A program made the translations under genes and the position numbers. The notes under the pieces are model-generated. The model was not told where the DNA came from, searched no databases, and saw only the letters and a program-made list of their open reading frames with translations. A DNA stretch of 48,863 nt. Origin: a virus. Lineage: Duplodnaviria > Caudoviricetes. Shown one piece after another: positions 45,854 to 48,863 of the stretch; the first letter of the stretch is position 1, and every line of letters begins with the position of its first letter. The stretch lies in IMG/VR virus record IMGVR_UViG_3300017766_005395, positions 1 through 48,863 of that record. One strand, written 5' to 3'.

Positions 45854-46677
45854 GCGCCTTGCTCCTCGATAATCGACTCGATCATCGCTGCGTACACCGC
45901 AGTGTCACGGATCGAGTCTTGGTGGGTTAGCTCGCTGATGGCGAACCGGGAAAGTTTCACAAGCATGAGCTCGAACAGGTGCCACTGGTCGCGCACGACC
46001 AACTCAGGCGGAACTCCGTTGGGGAAGAACACCTTCACCAGTTGGGCGATCTGCTTGTAGTTGTCCTTGTAGACCGCGTTGCGCTCGCGAAACGTGTTGG
46101 CTGCGTCTTGCAGGATGTCGGCTGCATTGCGCGGGCGAGCCGGGGGCGAGACGAGCGCGGCCTTTTCCTCGTTGCTGACGCGCTGCTCCCTTACGCCGGG
46201 GGCGAGTTGCATGGCCTGGATTCCGTACAAGTTGTACGCCGCCAATACATCTTCCCTGTCGTCGTACGCCACGCGAATCCGATGAGGCACGATCAGCGAC
46301 TCAAGCCAATTGCTGAGGAGTCCGACCTTCAATTGCGGCGAGCGCTGGTGATTTCCTTCCGGGCGCATCAGAAGAATCGTCTTGTGCAGAGGCAAGAATG
46401 GCGCTTTCGAGTTCAGCCACTCCATGGTGCGTTGCCGAAACTTTTCCGGGCGCGCCGTGCAGAACACAATGAAGTCTCCCTGACAAACATGACCATTCAA
46501 CAGCGACACGCCCTGCTCGTAAGACGAGTCCCTTCCGCACAGGCTGTTGTACGCCTCGTAATCCGCGTCGGTCAGGTGTCCGGGGTTCTCTCCTCCAACA
46601 ACGGGGAGCAAGTGGTGGCGCCAGCGATCGTCGCTCAGGCAGCCGTCCAAGTCGAAAACAGCAACATCGTGGCTCAT
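45850..46677 (-). CDS. HAD phosphatase (PNKP-C-like) fused to an all-alpha nucleotide-modification-associated domain
   Basis: VFDLDG, CTARPE, LLMRP, K and YDDR HAD motifs; C-terminal AA.TF.ERNAVY...LVKLSRF....HQDSI.D.AVY resembles DUF6378/Nmad-type helical domains; ATG at 46677. Confidence 0.7.
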   Translation of the reverse strand: MSHDVAVFDLDGCLSDDRWRHHLLPVVGGENPGHLTDADYEAYNSLCGRDSSYEQGVSLLNGHVCQGDFIVFCTARPEKFRQRTMEWLNSKAPFLPLHKTILLMRPEGNHQRSPQLKVGLLSNWLESLIVPHRIRVAYDDREDVLAAYNLYGIQAMQLAPGVREQRVSNEEKAALVSPPARPRNAADILQDAANTFRERNAVYKDNYKQIAQLVKVFFPNGVPPELVVRDQWHLFELMLVKLSRFAISELTHQDSIRDTAVYAAMIESIIEEQGA

Positions 46678-47468
46678 CGCGCCTTCCTCAGCAAGTCGAT
46701 CGCCTTGGCAATTTGCCACCCGGCGCCGGAGCCGACTGTGATGCCGACGTCCTCAGCCACAGTGCTGAGCAGCTCGATGGCTTTGTCGAATGGAGAGGTG
46801 AAGAACGCCTCGGCCCAAGGCCACTGCGCCAGCACAGCGGTCTCCATCTGGCGCACAACGTCCGCGTACTCTTCTTGGGTGCGCAGCGAACGGCGCGCAA
46901 GCACCAAGTCCACCAGCGCGCGCAGATTGTACTCCGCCACGATGTTGCAGTGCGTGTTGAGCGGGAGGATGCCGCGTGCGTCACCGGCCTTTGCGCCGCG
47001 TGCCACCAGAGTCGCGTAGGTGTTCTTGCAGAACGCGGCTGCTGCATTGAACAGCTCGTGCTTCAAATCACGGTCCTCGGCCAAGGGCTGCTCGGGCGCG
47101 GGGAACGGATTGGTGACGCCCACGGCGGACGCCTCCACCACTCGGAGCGACTGCATCGCGTAGCTGGCGGTGCGGGTGCGGGTCATCTGTTGCGCCGCAG
47201 CGCGCGTCAGTCCGGTGATCAGGAACGTGACGTTGCAAAACTCCCAGCTGCTGGGGATCGTGGAGGCCATGTACTGCAGCTCCTCCATCACGCGCTCTCG
47301 CGGCCAAGACTGGATCTCTTCGAACAACCCCGGAGACAAGTCCAGCCGGGTGCTCTTGGTGAAGATCAGCTTGTGAGCCGCGTAGAGCTCTGCGTCCGGG
47401 CGCCCGGCGCCGGTGAAGTCGACCAACGTGACCGTTACTGGTGGAGCAATAACATGGAGCGTGTTCAT
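46674..47468 (-). CDS. thyX: flavin-dependent thymidylate synthase homologue (non-canonical motif)
   Basis: SSWEF..VTF.I.G.TRA..QQ.TRTRTASYAMQSLR, DARGILP, NLRAL and R...TQEE give the ThyX layout. Confidence 0.8.
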   Translation of the reverse strand: MNTLHVIAPPVTVTLVDFTGAGRPDAELYAAHKLIFTKSTRLDLSPGLFEEIQSWPRERVMEELQYMASTIPSSWEFCNVTFLITGLTRAAAQQMTRTRTASYAMQSLRVVEASAVGVTNPFPAPEQPLAEDRDLKHELFNAAAAFCKNTYATLVARGAKAGDARGILPLNTHCNIVAEYNLRALVDLVLARRSLRTQEEYADVVRQMETAVLAQWPWAEAFFTSPFDKAIELLSTVAEDVGITVGSGAGWQIAKAIDLLRKAR

Positions 47469-47471
47469 TTC

Positions 47472-48434
47472 TCATTTCTCCTTTACATGGATGAGCTTGC
47501 GTTCGTAATCGTTTGCGGACATGAGTCGTTGAATGACGAGGGAGTCGCTCACAACGTCGTCGAGCAGGATGTTGCGCCACGTGGCGAACCGGCCGAGGCT
47601 GTAGACGTTGCGCTCGACGGTGAGCTTTTGGAGCAGCGCCTTGCGGAGCGAGTCGTCCGCGAAGTCCGAGATCTTGCCGTAGCGCTGGCGGTGCGGACGC
47701 GCCTCGGCGCGCTCCACGAGCTTTTGCGGAAGGCCGAAGGCGAGGGTGGCTTCGTTGAAGGCGCATGCGCGTTGCGAGTCAGAAAGGTCATCCCCCATCA
47801 TCTCCAGGATCAGCACGTCCCCGGTGATCGACGCGCGGTAAAGCGCCAGTCCATTCCCTGCACTCGGCCACACCGCCGGGAAGTAAATTGTCTGGAACAC
47901 GTCTGCGCCCGGAATTCGGTGCCGCTCAACAGTGATCGGCGCGTGCCGGAACATGGCGTCGTCGCCCGCGAACTCCAGCCCAACGGCGCGCAAGGTCGCG
48001 TCCAACGGCGCGGTGCTGATCACAGGGCGCGCTTGCTGTCCCGGCTCCGGAGCCCACTGAGTTGCGTAGGAGATTCGGGAACCGACCTTCTCCAAGAGCC
48101 GCTCGTGGAAGTTGTCCGGGGCCACCCAGCGGCGCACCGGCTCCAAGTCCCAGACGCTGCGCTCTTGCACCCGGCCGGTGACCTTGTGCGCGTACATATT
48201 CGCCAACCGAATGTTAGCGCGGCACAGCTTGCCGTTGTAAAATATCCCCTTCCGCACCGTCACAGGACGGAAAGGAACTCCGGTCACATTGGCCACGACG
48301 TCGGAGCGGAACCGCAACAACGCCTTGTGTCCTTGCGTCGGAGCGGGGGAGCTCTCGACCACGGACGCACCGGGAAACATACACGCGGCGATCAGGCCGC
48401 TGAAGCCGGCGCCGACGATCAGCGGCGCGGTCAT
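47472..48434 (-). CDS. FAD-dependent oxidoreductase (UDP-galactopyranose mutase-like termini)
   Basis: IVGAGFSGL Rossmann motif, VISTAPL and C-terminal VYSLGRFATWRNILLDDVV. Confidence 0.7.
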   Translation of the reverse strand: MTAPLIVGAGFSGLIAACMFPGASVVESSPAPTQGHKALLRFRSDVVANVTGVPFRPVTVRKGIFYNGKLCRANIRLANMYAHKVTGRVQERSVWDLEPVRRWVAPDNFHERLLEKVGSRISYATQWAPEPGQQARPVISTAPLDATLRAVGLEFAGDDAMFRHAPITVERHRIPGADVFQTIYFPAVWPSAGNGLALYRASITGDVLILEMMGDDLSDSQRACAFNEATLAFGLPQKLVERAEARPHRQRYGKISDFADDSLRKALLQKLTVERNVYSLGRFATWRNILLDDVVSDSLVIQRLMSANDYERKLIHVKEK

Positions 48435-48682
48435 TCCTTCACCTCAAGCCACCCGTTGCTGATCAGGGTGTTGATCTTGGGGCGCACGTCGTAGGCGAAT
48501 TTTTCCACCAGCTGACGGACGGTCATGCGGCCGCCGTTGTCGAGCACAGCCAACACAATCGCCTTGCGGTCGCTGGCGTCCTGGAGCTTTGTGCGGGCGG
48601 TCTTGCCCGACACGCAAACCACAGCATCGTCGGGATGGTTGCGGGGGCGGCCCGTGCCGGACTTGGTGTCTTTGGTCGTCAT
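48431..48682 (-). CDS. small winged-helix-like DNA-binding protein
   Basis: GAGG RBS, ATG at 48682; GRPR hook and NGGRMTVRQLVEKF...LISNGWL. Confidence 0.55.
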   Translation of the reverse strand: MTTKDTKSGTGRPRNHPDDAVVCVSGKTARTKLQDASDRKAIVLAVLDNGGRMTVRQLVEKFAYDVRPKINTLISNGWLEVKE

Positions 48683-48701
48683 CGTCGTTTCCTCGTGAAA
48701 G

Positions 48702-48863
48702 TTAATTGGTCTGAACAGCAACCCATGCATGCCCGAACGCTTGCGTGGAGCCGGCCTTCTTCAGATTTGCGCGGAACACCACGTGCTTCTTCAAGTCCAA
48801 CCCGAGCGCCAAGAACGCAGCGCGCACCGAGCGGTACTCTTCGCCGTCGACTCTCACGCAGTG
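48702..48863 (-). CDS. partial hypothetical protein (5' end outside the window)
   Basis: Open frame HCVRVDGEEYRSVRAAFLALGLDLKKHVVFRANLKK...VQTN* running off the window edge. Confidence 0.55.
   Translation of the reverse strand, partial: HCVRVDGEEYRSVRAAFLALGLDLKKHVVFRANLKKAGSTQAFGHAWVAVQTN

Overview
The window is a large part of a high-GC, lytic-looking tailed phage genome with podovirus-like organisation. It has no tape-measure or sheath gene, but has a P22-gp3-like TerS, a nozzle-like gene and several large ejection-type genes. The + strand (70-35507) carries TerS, TerL, a 1512-aa polyvalent protein (ADP-ribosyltransferase-like domain plus two PcfJ-like modules), portal, GroES-like co-chaperonin, scaffold, capsid, tail/fibre genes, an RCC1-repeat protein coupled to a TPR-glycosyltransferase, a lysis cassette and four probable ejection proteins. 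The - strand (35486-48863) carries small accessory genes (RyR-domain, GHKL-ATPase/metallopeptidase-like), an SNF2 helicase, a nuclease, DnaE plus a DEDDh exonuclease, and a compact enzyme cluster (flavoenzyme, non-canonical ThyX, HAD fusion, SDR, VOC). Two features stand out. (1) A [FY]-A-[EKR]-G-G-x-V motif sits at module boundaries of the polyvalent protein and recurs in ejection proteins, suggesting a processing or virion-loading code. (2) The enzyme cluster beside DnaE may make an undescribed modified DNA nucleotide. The genome continues past the right end (no primase seen). All family calls come from motif recognition by eye, not from database searches.
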